Assembly (NCBI RefSeq): GCF_000315625.1
Contig: NW_005434659.1
Location: 495,142 to 559,141, forward strand
Origin: Guillardia theta CCMP2712
Lineage: Eukaryota; Protista; Cryptophyta
DNA: 64,000 bases
Direction: 5' to 3'
The notes beneath the pieces are model-generated. The model was not told where the DNA came from, searched no databases, and saw nothing but the letters and a program-made list of their open reading frames with translations. A program made the translations under genes and the position numbers. Below, one piece after another: positions 12,780 to 24,499 of this stretch. The first letter of the stretch is position 1. Every line of letters starts with the position of its first letter.

Positions 12780-13074
12780 GAGACTGGAGGTCCTGTTTTT
12801 GCTTGCAATTACGACAAATAATCCTTTTTTTGGTATCATAATGATCCTCAAAATATCAGGCAAACTTTCCGCCTGCTTCAGATCATGAACCTGTCACGTT
12901 GTGTTAACCATTGGCAGATAATTCATAAGTTGCTTCCGTTCATCCCTCAAACCCCTCCTCCATGAAATACTTCCCTGCTCTTTTTCATCCCATCTCCCTC
13001 CTCTTTCATCCCTCTTCATCTACCCATATCCAACCCCTCCGTCTCCCTTTCCGCAACCCCCTCCTCCCTCCTCC

Positions 13075-13174
13075 NNNNNNNNNNNNNNNNNNNNNNNNNN
13101 NNNNNNNNNNNNNNNNNNNNNNNNNNNNNNNNNNNNNNNNNNNNNNNNNNNNNNNNNNNNNNNNNNNNNNNNNN
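13075..13174. other. Assembly gap (100 N)
   Basis: Run of N flanked by CT-rich low-complexity sequence. Confidence 1.
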
Positions 13175-14160
13175 TCCATCCTGCGTCTTCTCTTCATCCG
13201 CACATGCGCCTCAAGGGACTCATAGAGGTACAACCCAACGTTACCACCCCACCCATGCCATAGCAGTATCATGACTATTATGAACACCCACCCCTGGGAG
13301 GTATTTGTTTTCCTGTAAACTGCGAACGAAGATCAAGAAATATTTTACAATAATTTCAAATTTCATAAAAAAGTTTGAACCTAAATTGCTATGGTACTCA
13401 AACTTGAAACTAAAATATTGACCTAAACCTGAACCATGAACCTAAACCCTCTAAACCAAATTGCTAGAGTGATGGTCTGGAGCTGCCTCGATGCTGAAGC
13501 GGATATTTCCGACACGCGGGAGTCTCCGGCGAGGGCGGGGGCTTCCGCTACCATCAAGTTTTAGTTAATAAAGTATCTATATATATATATATATATTATT
13601 TTATAAATAAAAGTAAATGTAGCAGAGAAAGCCGATCCGCGTGACCTGGATTTCCGGTCATGGATGCAGGCGGTCTGGGTTTGAGAGGTAGAGGGTATAC
13701 AATGAGGGGTAATAATCTCATATATTTTAGGGGGTACATTACAGTTGACTCGGATATATCCGGCTAGTCCTAGGGGTAGGGGTACTCGAGTAACTTGAAA
13801 TCTCGTGACAATGACATTCTCTGGTACGGGTACTTTAACGAACAAGAATGCGACAATCAGGGGTGGGTGGCAATTAGGCCAGGCGTTCGGATCCGGAAAT
13901 CACAAGGTCACCTGCCGTAAAATTACGCGTCAGTGTGATCGACCATGAGAGTCAGCACGCTTAGCATGACTTTGATGACAGATATCTTTTGAACAATTCC
14001 TTGTTCGTATCCCCTGCAGAGGGATATGCTTACCCCGAGATGAAAAGAAGTCTTTTGGATATATCATTACCACAGGATCGAGGCCGCCAATCGGCGCAAC
14101 AGAATTTATAGAAGAGGACGGCTACACGCGTTCCACACTAACAGCCTCCACACACAAAAC

Positions 14161-14457
14161 ATGCACGCGGGAATGGAAGAATTGATCAGCACGTCAGCGA
14201 ACAAGAGATCGTTCAACGAGGAGATTTCCAAGGAGAATGCAGACGCCAACATGGTTAACTACAACAAGTGGGCCAACTTGCTGAGGACCTCATCCGATTA
14301 CCGCTGTCCTGAGGACGAATGCCATAACTTCGATTTTAACGAAGAGAGGCTGCTCTGGGAAAGGGAATTCTGTCTCATCAACAACCAACAGCACTTGGAT
14401 TATTGTTTCGTTGAGGAAGCTTCTCCAGAAATCAACCAATTCCTCAAGCTCTGGTAG
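14161..14457 (+). CDS. Small hypothetical protein (98 aa)
   Basis: ATG-initiated single-exon ORF with protein-like composition, preceded by an AC-rich leader and followed by an AT-rich tract. No homology recognised. Confidence 0.5.
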   Translation: MHAGMEELISTSANKRSFNEEISKENADANMVNYNKWANLLRTSSDYRCPEDECHNFDFNEERLLWEREFCLINNQQHLDYCFVEEASPEINQFLKLW

Positions 14458-15488
14458 ACACCTATCAGAGTTCTGTTCACTTGTAGAGTATTTTAGTGTA
14501 AATAAACAATCACATCAGTCAAGTCTCTGGCCTTCATTGCGTTTCCAAACTTGATACTGGTGTATCTGGACAAGGTCTGCACACCCTTTGTCAGAAGGGA
14601 GCGCAAAGAATTCTCTCGTCCTGGCAAGACATTTTACAAATTTCTGGCAACAACTGCCGAGATTCATCCCACCATGACTTCACAGTGGCTCTGCAATCTA
14701 AAAGCAGCAGTGAGCGCTGATTGCAATAATCAGGCTCTCACTCGTGTTCTGTTCTATCGTGCAAAGTATCCGCACATTCAAGTTGGTCGACTTCAGGACT
14801 GAGTTGCAACACTCGGCCTGGCAGCCTTGAACTTCGGAACTAAGGCGGCAAGTTCAGTCGTGAGTTCACTGAGGGCCATCAAGCCAAGTCACCGAGCCGG
14901 GTCACTGCGGTCCGACGACGGTGAGCCACCAGACTGATGCGGAGACCGGTCACCGGGTGACCCGCCGGGCTCCGAGTGCAGCCGCCGCCGGCAGGGCGGG
15001 CTCAGTGCAGTCCGACAGCCCAGTGAGTGCTTTCATGCGCGACGATCAGAGCGATCATGGCAGATCGCCGAGTCGTTCACAGACGGTCACCGTCACGGTA
15101 CGGTACATCGTGTCAGGCTACTCAGCGGCAGTCACTCAGGCTACTAGGCTCCGCCTTTACTCAAACTTGAACCCGACAGGCTAGAGTCTATCCGGCTACT
15201 AGGCTCAGCAGTGATCGGACTATCCGATGATCGGACTAGTGCCGCACTGACTGCGCCGCTGACGGCGGCGGCCGCAGTGCCGCGGCGGCGGCGGGCCCGA
15301 GGCCCGCCCGGCGGCGCCAGGCCCCGGCGGCGCCGGCGGCCGGCCCGGTCGGCCGGGTGAAATCAACCGTTATAAATGGAAGAGTGACCGTTACATTGTG
15401 TTCACATATAAGAGGAGATCAATTATTGGAGGTCGTGGAGATGCTTTAGTGAGGGAGTGAAGGCAAGAGATCACCAGACATACCGATC

Positions 15489-15555
15489 AGGACAGGACAG
15501 GACAGACCAGGACAGCACAGGACAGGACAGGACAGGACAGGACAGCACAGGACAG
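15489..15555 (+). repeat. (GGACA)n pentanucleotide microsatellite, imperfect
   Basis: Tandem ggaca/gcaca units visible directly. Confidence 0.9.
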
Positions 15556-15797
15556 GGCAAGAGGAGTTGTAGGGGGAAGGGAGCTGAAAAAGCGCCGAAC
15601 ATGTGAGGTTAGGACGTAGACTCATGTTCTGAATGCTTGTGAGTAACTGTCAATGATATGCAACGCATGCTGGGCATGAAAGAGAAGAGGTCCAAGCTCC
15701 ATGATGCGGAGGCTCAGGGTTTCTGTCAAGCTCCACATCAGTGGCGATTCGCACTCTCTTGGCAGTGACAAAGTCCTTTGGCAGGTCCAGTGCAGCA

Positions 15798-17385
15798 ATG
15801 AGGGCCCAGATTCTGTCGTCTCTGTGTCTAGTGGCGCTTTGCCAGCCTACCTTTGCTCTCACCCAGATCTCCGTGCAGGCCTCGCGCCCCAACACCAAGA
15901 GCGTGGGAGCATGGGGCTCGGACTCGGACAGCCATTCCTGGATGGCTTCCAATGAGGCCTGCTTTGCCGCACCGCGTGCCCTGCTCCTGCACTCTGCTCC
16001 TCGTCTCTGCTCGCGCAGATGGTGAGGAGGACGATCCTTGTCAGTCGTGCTGCTCTGACTTCTGCTCCCTACCAGCGCTACGAGCTTCAGGTCTCCTGCT
16101 TCCAGCAGACGCCCGTTGAACATGCAACAGCAAACCGACGCGAAGGAGGAGAATGCGGGAAATCGAGCTCTGTCGTTCGAGGAGACGCTCAAGGAGATCA
16201 AGGAGCCTTGCAAGAAGGCGTGGGAGGGGTCAGCGACAGACGTCTACGACACTTTCGAGAGGTCCTCAGCTTCTCTTTCTCCTCCCTTGTGCTCATGGGA
16301 CATGCCACAGGCTCAAGTCGCAGGGGGTCCTCAAGAAGTGGAACAGCATGCCTGTGAAGTCCCGCGCTGTCTCCCAGAACGAGCTCAAGAGGATGCTCAA
16401 GACTGAGCTCGACCTCGACACCGTCCTCGGCATCTCCGGGGGAGTGCAGACTGAAGATCTAAAGAAGGTGAGGAGGTGAGATGCAAGGGGCCCGAGCTGA
16501 CGTCCAGCTCCAGCTCACTGTCGGAGCCTTCGCCTCCAGTGCCATCATCGGTGTGCTGGGGACTGCGATTGGTGGGGAGACGGGAGGGTTTGTCTACTGG
16601 CTCACCTTCCTCGGAGCCTCCATCCCACTGGTTCTGGTCGGCGTCGGCTCAGTCGCTCCCTCCCTCATCGGCGGCGTCATTTCCGGCCTTCAGTGGCAAT
16701 TTGACAAGACCAACACGATGGAGCGGAGGATCAGGCACGAGGCTGCCCACATCCTCGCCGGCTACATGTGCGGCCTTCCCATCGAGGGATACGAGGTAGG
16801 CGGAGCATGCTGGTTGGCTAAGACGATCCCTGAGCCTCCTGCTCCTCAGGTCGAGCCCATGCCGATGTGCAAGTTCTACGACCGCAGGGAAGGAAACATC
16901 GACGATGTGGAGGCGTGGAAGAAGGCTCGTCCCTTCAACGAGGAGGAGGTGACGAGACACGTGGAGGAGCAGGCGCAGCTTACTCCTATGGCAGGTGGAC
17001 AAGTTGGCCGTGGTTTGCCTGTCTGGGGTGATGGGAGAACTGAGCCTCTACGAGAGGGCAGCTGGGGGACAGCAGGACCTTGAGCAGCTGCAGGAAGTCT
17101 ACTTCCGTGCGGAGTCGGAGAAGCTGAGGGTTCGTGACCTCCCGCTACCTGTGGCTGAGTCGTCTGACTTGAGTTTGTCTTGCAGAACAACCGCGTTAGG
17201 GAGGAGACGGCAAGTTCCCGCATGCCTCGTCTCGAGGGCCCTGACGTTTCTTGCAGACTCGCTGGGGAGCGATGAAGGCGAGAACGCTGCTGGAGGAGAA
17301 CAACGACAGCTTCATGCGGCTGTGCAAGCAGCTCGAGAAAGGAGCATCCATCGAAGAATGCATCGCTTCGATCGAGGCTGCGTGA
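15798..17385 (+). CDS. Stand-alone M41-like zinc metalloprotease (VIR3/At1g56180-like), probably plastid-targeted
   Basis: Signal peptide MRAQILSSLCLVALCQPTFA plus S/R-rich transit-like region; two TM helices; RIRHEAAHILAGYMCGLPIEGY zinc motif; GGQQDL; TRWGA...ARTLL...ECIASIE C-terminus; no AAA domain. Confidence 0.85.
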
Positions 17386-17572
17386 GCCGATCAGCTCCTC
17401 ATCCTCCTCAACCGGCAGCTCTGCAAGTTGATACACTAGCCATGACGATCCCAAGGCCTTTGAGGCTTTGCCGCCCGCCAACTATTTGAAGTTATTTTAA
17501 TGCAGCACGCGAGCAATCAACCAGGAGAAGCTAAACATACACTACAGACAATCTAGTTCGGACAGTGGCAGC

Positions 17573-18617
17573 TTAAGTCGAGCTGGGGAAGTTCAGACCA
17601 GCTGAGGACCAGTCCATTGACATGTGCGTGCTTCCTGCGCTCCTGTGGAATGTTTCCGCGTCTGGAGGTGACTCGACCTCTTGCTCCGCCGGGCTGCCCA
17701 TGTAGGAGGAGGCGACAGACTCCACACGTGACGAGGGAGGCAGCTGCATATGGTGCACATCGTTGGGATCATGGAGTCGGAGGTAGCACAAGAAGTACTC
17801 GGGCTTCTTGTCCCGCCATAGACATGTCATCTGCGCGTTCAAATCTATCTCCTCCCCACTCGCTCTGACGCAGCGCTTGTTCAAGTTCACAGGTCCTTCT
17901 GAGCCGTTCAGCAGGGAGCCGACGGCCTAAAGAAAACCAGTCAGACGCCATCACAAACTATCTAGCAGGACGAAAAAGCAATCAAGCAGCAGGGAATCCG
18001 TCAACGGAAACTCAACACACCTGCATGGTGTAGGGCAAGTCCGACGGTGCAGTGAGAGAAAACATTGTCTCCCCACGCCATTTGCCAGGCATAAAGTTCA
18101 TGATCTTCTCAAAGACTCCATTCACCCTCATGATCCTCCCGTCTGCTCGGGCGATCGCAATGCCAAAAGGAGCCGTGTCAAAGGCAGACAAATAGCGGAG
18201 GTGCGACAAGTTCACGCATGCACGACCAGCCTTCAACTTGCTAGCATCAACCATAATCGAGTTTTCTTCCTGAGTGCTATTCATGGATCTCTGCATGTTG
18301 TTTGGATCAGGAGAATTTCTGGGCTTTGTGGCATTGAGATCAACAGATTGAAGATAATCTAGCACTCCTTCCAACACAACATTGATGCCAGCACCGGGAG
18401 CATTATCTTCCATATTTGGCAGCATCTCTTGCAGTTCAGCGACATATTGCTTGGTGAGTTCTCTACGCTTTTGCTCAACTTTGTTATGTTTCACTTTCTT
18501 GTCTCCTGGTTCTTCATCCATCCGCGACGACGTCACGCTGTACGTATCATCGTCTTGCGCCATGTGTGAGTAAGGGCTATCTCTCATCTGCTGGCGGAGA
18601 AGTCCTGCAACAGACAT
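17573..18617 (-). CDS. bHLH-PAS transcription factor
   Basis: bHLH KHNKVEQKRRELTKQYVAELQEMLP...VLEGVLDYL. PAS FDTAPFGIAIARADGRIMRVNGVFEKIM...LNKRCVRASGEEIDLNAQMTCLW across one intron (~17927-18020). Confidence 0.88.
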
Positions 18618-21067
18618 TGAAGAGATCAAAAGTTCGCAATTCAGCAAGATCTGTGCCCTTCCCTTCCTGTATTGCTGTCAAACTGAGAGGTCAATCTAAC
18701 TAGTTGAGTCGAAACTGTTTGCAATGTTTTGATCAAAAGCTCTTGATAATGAAATAGACCAGCTGTGAGAGAAAGACAAGAGGTGTCTGAGACCTGATAA
18801 TTGAAAAACCACAAGAGCGAAGCTTCTCCACTTCGGAGCTGTGGCAAGAAATGCCCTCCAGGACCAAAAGGTCGTGGGAGGTCTACCCGAGTTGCACTGC
18901 AACGAGGTGGGAGGCAACGGCTATCAGACAAGCTCTCGAAGATGAAGTGAGAGCAGGACGGTAGCTTCCTGCTGCTCAACGGAGGTGACAGAGAGGGAGA
19001 GAGCCGTGAAGTCGACCCGAAGGGGAGGACGGTGCTAGGGAGAGAGGGGGGGCGAGGATGGGGAGTGTGGGAGCAGGCTGGGAGGGAGGGAAGTGACTAG
19101 GAGATAGGGGTGGGGGTAGGTACGAAAGGGGGTAGGGGTTATAAAATGGGTGGGTGGTTTTAACTCTCCAAGCCCTGAGCAGAAAGACTTGGGCTATGGC
19201 AAAATATCTATAGAGATTAATATAGAAAATGCGTGAGGTGGTAGAGGCTCTCGAGGAGATGGGGTCGGACTTGACTTTTAAGTGGGTAGAGGGTCAAGAG
19301 TAGTCGGTCCCGGTGAAGGGGTGGGTGGACATGAATCGGTCACCATGGGGTGGTATTTGAAGTCCGGGTCTACCTTAGGACTTCTGAAGGGGGGGTGGAT
19401 GTCTGCAGATTACTAGAGCAAGATACAAAAGGGTGGGGTACTTATAGGGAATAAAAGGGGTAATGTGTCTTACGGCCCTGCAGTCGGGTGGGGGTTATCT
19501 CCATCGCCCAAATGGAGTAGGAATGGTACGGATATGGGGGTCATCAAAATGAGGGCTGGAGATAATAGGGGGTAGGGGTGGCGAACACTTATGGGTGGGG
19601 GTTATCCTCGACATCCTAGTAATAATAACCCATACTACATTCGTAATGCAAGGGTAGGGTGGTTAAAAACCAACATGAATTCAGGGGTGGACTTGGCATG
19701 AGGGTAGGGGTAGTCTTACCTCTTTTCGTCAGTACAAAAAGATAGAGAGACAGTCGAGATGAGGGATAACTAGCTGGAGGGTAGGGGTACATGCAGACTA
19801 TTGCGACTTGTCTTTACAGAGTGGGGTGGGGTGGTGGGAGGGGGTGGTAGACAGAGCAAGGCTTTATTTGACTAAAAGAATTCTTCTCGGTCCTAGAAAT
19901 AGGTTTTAATTAGGACCATCATAGGACCTCTTGAGGTTAGAGGGACATAGCATATGTCATCCTATACATGGGTCTTAGAAAGGTGGGATATGTTGTATGG
20001 GGGGCTGGATAGGGGGTGAGGTCATAGAATCGTAATTGATCAACCGCCCGGGGTGGGTGGGTTTTCACTAGCGCAGGGGTACGATAAAATGTACTATCTG
20101 GGGGTAGGGTAGGAACAAAGAGGGGTAGTTGGGGAACACTCCAACCCCCTAAGGTCTCACTACCCCCAGAATACAAACTGGCAACCCCGTGCTTTTACTC
20201 CATCTGAAGGGGTCAGGGTGTCGAGATAAGTTGAACTGGGAGGGGGGTAGTAAAGTAGGGAGTTTTAAATTGATTCTGAACAAGGAGTGGTGGGTAGGTT
20301 TTGAGAGAGGATGAAGAGGGTAAAGAGATCGATTTAGGTGGGGTGGGGTAGTCAATTGTGGGGGTAGAAGGAACGGGAGTAGAGGGTTGCCTACTTTTAA
20401 AATATTCCAAAATTAAAATATTCCATAAAATATCCGAAAATTTTTATGCTGTGATGGGAGGGTGGGGTACTTCTTGGTTGAACATAGGGGTGATGTGACT
20501 TGAGCGGCGCGGCCAGGCCAACTTGCCCGGGCTGGCCCCGGGCCCGGCCACCCGGGCTGGCCCCGCCCCGTGGCCGGGCCCGGGGCCGCGACAGTGTGCT
20601 CGCCCGGCCGCCGGGGAAACTTGGCACAACCCGGTGACCGTCCGACCGTCACTCACCCGGATCCGGTGACTCCGACTGAGTACTGCACCCGCGGACTCGG
20701 ATATGATGTCTGCATTACTTTGGCATAGAGGCTACTGAGTACATTGCCACGGAAGCCTAACACTGGCACCCAGCGCCGGGCCCGCCGCCAAGCACTCACG
20801 CCGCTGCGGTACCCGTACCGTACCGTATCCTGTACCGCCGATCAGAGCCTGTACGACGGTGCCAGTCCGCCGATCCGGGCCATCCGCTGACAGTGCCGCC
20901 CCGCCCGGGCGTTCACTGGCAACTCAGTGCCGCGCGGTAACGAGTCCGATCTCATCACTGATGGCGTTGCCCGGCTCGAGTCGGCCTCGCCGAGCACTCC
21001 CACTGATTCCGATCCTAGTGACTGATCCGAGGTGAACCGTCGGAACTTCCGGCCCAGTCCCGGGCCG

Positions 21068-23400
21068 TCAAGTAGTAGAGATAATGCCGCGTGAGAGGAG
21101 CGACGCGCAGACTTTGGCTCGGGGGGTCTCGAGGATCTGAATGCTCCGACGAAACATGCCGCTGACACCGTCCCCGCCGCTGACGCCCATCCCCTGCTTG
21201 ATGGCGACACGAGCTAGCGAGCTGTGAGGGGCGAGCATGGAGGCAGGGGCATCGGAAGAAAGGAAGGAGATATCCTTGTCCCGGAAGATCCTCTTGAGCA
21301 GGTTCCGGTCCTCGTTGGTTTCGTCCAGCTCACGGACCCTCCACGTTCCCTCCGACTTGTACCACATGGTCATGCACAGGAGCCAGTGTCTGCCATGGCT
21401 CGACGTTAGCATGGAGTTCCTCAGAGGAGAGGGAAGGGAGGAAAAGGCCGAGGCAGGAAGCAAGTCAACGGCGAGGAAGGGCAGGGATAAACTTCGTGAG
21501 CGAGCGAGCGAGCGAGCGAGGCCCGGGAGGGAGACAGGAGGAAGGGATGGAGATACATCAGCGTCATTCTCCGCAGAGGCTTCGCACACTCTTGTGCTGT
21601 CGTCAGGCTGACCATGTGCTGCTCATCAACCTCGTTGAAACCTGCGAGCGTGAAGTTTGAGAACGGCTCCTCGTTACTCTATCTTGTCATCCTCGTCACC
21701 GCACTCTCCTCACCTGCGGGTTCGCTGCGCTGCATCCCTTCATTTCCGCTGCTGAAGTGCTCCTCTCCACCCTCCATGTCAGGTGTAGCCTCCATCTCAT
21801 TCTTGCGGGGCCTCGTCGCATCTTTGAGCAACGTGGATCAGCATGGATGGACGGGGAGCGATACCCTGCCCTTCACTCACCGATGATATGGCTGATCTCT
21901 CGCAGAGCAAGGACCGTCTTTGCGCGCGAGATCGCCTGGTCCGCCCGCTGCATCCTCGACTCATGGGAAGAGGAAGGCTGCGAGCAAATCCTGAGATCGA
22001 CTGCCCTACTCTGCTCTGTCGGCACTGATCTTGACCGGGCAGCCGACAAGTCCCGACCCATCATGAGGGCTGCTCTCCTAACCTTTGGCGGTTTGCTGTG
22101 AGGGCAGGAGTGAGGGAGTGATCTGCTGAGGGAGAGAGGTTGGGGATGGGAAGGACAGGACGGGACGGGACAGGACAGGACAGGACAGGACAGGACAGGA
22201 CAGGACAGGACAGGACAGGACAGGACAGGACAGGACAGGATAGGACAGGACAGGACAGGACAGGACAGGACAGGACAGGACAGGACAGGACAGGACAGGA
22301 CCGGGGAGGATTAGATGTGTAATTGAGGGTTGGGGAGCAAGGGGGCGAGAAATGAAGCATACATCATCCAGGGGGAGACGATCTCTTGGAAGAGCTTTGA
22401 GAGCCTGAGGGGGTTGAAACAAGTCTCGGAGATCTCGGGGACCAGCGTCAGAGCTATCTCGGACGCGTGATCGAACGACTGCGGCATGACGGTGACTCGG
22501 ATGGGAGGTAGGGGGGATGAGGATAGCAGCACCTTGAGCATCTCCTCATACAGGTTCTGACGGTGGGATGGAGCAAGCTCCAGCCACCATCGCTGCAGCC
22601 TGTGCTCGATGGGCCGATGCTGCAGCGCGTTGCTGGAAGGGGTTGCCAGTTTGACGTTCTCCTCGATGACGACGACTTGCATGCTTTCCGCATGCTCGTG
22701 GACGACGTTGAGGAGCGTCGCCGTGTCTGCTTGGATCAGCTTTGCCTCGTCAAGACTGTCATAAACTCCTGCACGCTCGTAAGGAACCAAGAGGCTTCTC
22801 CTCGCCCTCTAACCTCTTCTCGGCCTGCTCGTCTCTACCGCAGCGCGCGGTGGTTTCCTCGGGCTCCTTAGCACTGGCGCGAACGTCACGAAGAGGAAGA
22901 GAAGGAAGAGAGACAAGGCAAGGGGAGGGAGGCAGGACGGAGGCACAGTAGCGAAGTGGGAAGAGGAACAGAGGGAGGGGCAGGGGTCTGAAGAATCTCG
23001 TCACCTCGTTTGCAGCACTCGCATCGAGCAGTCATGGAGCCATCCTCTCGTCCATTGAACAATCGCAGCGGCCGATAGTCGATGCCGCTTCTGTGCGTCC
23101 TGCGCCACGGCGGTCACCACCACTCCTCTACTACACATGCCAAGAGGACCGGGCAGACTGAACGAGTTTCATCTCCTGGGGGGTCGGGAGGGAGAGGAGC
23201 CTGGGAACCAGCGGTGGCTCGCTTCCTGCTGACCTGACGGGGCGCCGAGAAGGGCTCGGAGTTTCAGGGTGGGACTGAACCTCGTCGAGCCTCTGCTTGT
23301 AGTTCTTGTACGACTTTTTGATCGAGTCGTTCATGTGGTCGATCTCCGAGGTCAGCGAGCTCAGGGCTCGGAGCAGCTCGACGTTGCGAGTCATGCCAGT
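21068..23400 (-). CDS. Multi-exon hypothetical protein (5' end uncertain)
   Basis: Protein-like minus-strand ORF segments (23131-23424, 22311-22790, 21873-22064, 21068-21420) mostly joinable by GT-AG introns; one intron holds a microsatellite. Confidence 0.45.
22154..22301 (+). repeat. (GGACA)n microsatellite, intronic
   Basis: About 29 near-perfect ggaca units. Confidence 0.97.
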
Positions 23401-24499
23401 GTCAACGACTATCCTGGAGCGCAACTCAGTACTACTACTTTCGCTGAGTTTGCTGTCGAACTGAAAGAACAGAAGTTAGAAGAAAAGGTCAGTGATCATG
23501 ATTGGACTCCTGCTAGCTCCCTGTCTTATCTTCACACGTATATCAGAAATTAGATAGACAGTAGGACACGATTAGGCAATCAGGCAGAGGTAATGATGTG
23601 AGCATAATGGGGCCCTATACTAACACGTTTTTCCAATCAACGAGACTGCGGCAGTCATCTAATCCAATTATCTGATTCTCCCATCACTGCCCGTAAGCTG
23701 AGTCTTAGAGTCTCGCTTCTGCTCCTCTCTTCTCTGAGTCTGTTTTGTTCCGCCCGGCAGGTTTTGTCCTGCCCGGCAGGCTCAGTGAGGCTCTTCTCTG
23801 TCTTCCCTTCCCTTCTTTTCCTTGAAGTTCTCCTCCCTTCTCCTCTCATGCTTCTCCTGTTCCGAAGCCCTTGTTCTCGTCTTGTCAGTGTTGGACTCTC
23901 CACCTTCCTATCGCCATTGCGCTGCCGGGAACGCCAAGTCGACATGGCGGCCTTTGTCAACCTAACGGCTCCCACAAGTCAAGATGAACTGAATCGATTC
24001 AAATCGTCTTGCCTCCCCTCAGAGAACTATTTGAATCAAATAAATTCTTAAAAATCAGCGAATTAAATCAACACAATCATGAATCTCCCACCCTCCCCCA
24101 GAACAGGTGTAGGACGGGGTGTGCTGATTTGCAATGAAAATTTTAGAATCTTGTTTAAATTTTAAATTAATCCAGAATAATTCATGCTAATGGCCAAACT
24201 GGATGGAGGCCTCGTGCTGACTCAGCAAGCGCGAGAGAAAAAAAGAACTGAGGGAGGGAGGTAGGGGGGTAGGTACTCGCAGGAACGAGAAAAAAACAAT
24301 AGATTGTAGACTAAAATATGAAGTGATATTGTATATGAATAAAAGTTTTATGTAGTGAATTTTGAGGCGGGCTCATTTGAAACAAGATGAACAAGGAACT
24401 GTTGTCGGATCGATCAGAGTTTGTGCCAGATAGCTCACAATCTGGCTTCTATCCTTTTTTCTACCTGCGAGCCCGCGCACTGCAAATATTTGTGGCGCC

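Noticed and set aside
12962-13287. ORFs spanning the N gap
   Set aside because: Artefacts of the unknown bases and low-complexity flanks.
13420-13460. Telomere-like CCTAAACC words
   Set aside because: Only 2-3 degenerate, non-tandem copies; too weak to call an interstitial telomere.
22061-22422. ORFs with SCPVL/GQDRT repeats
   Set aside because: Translations of an intronic (GGACA)n microsatellite.
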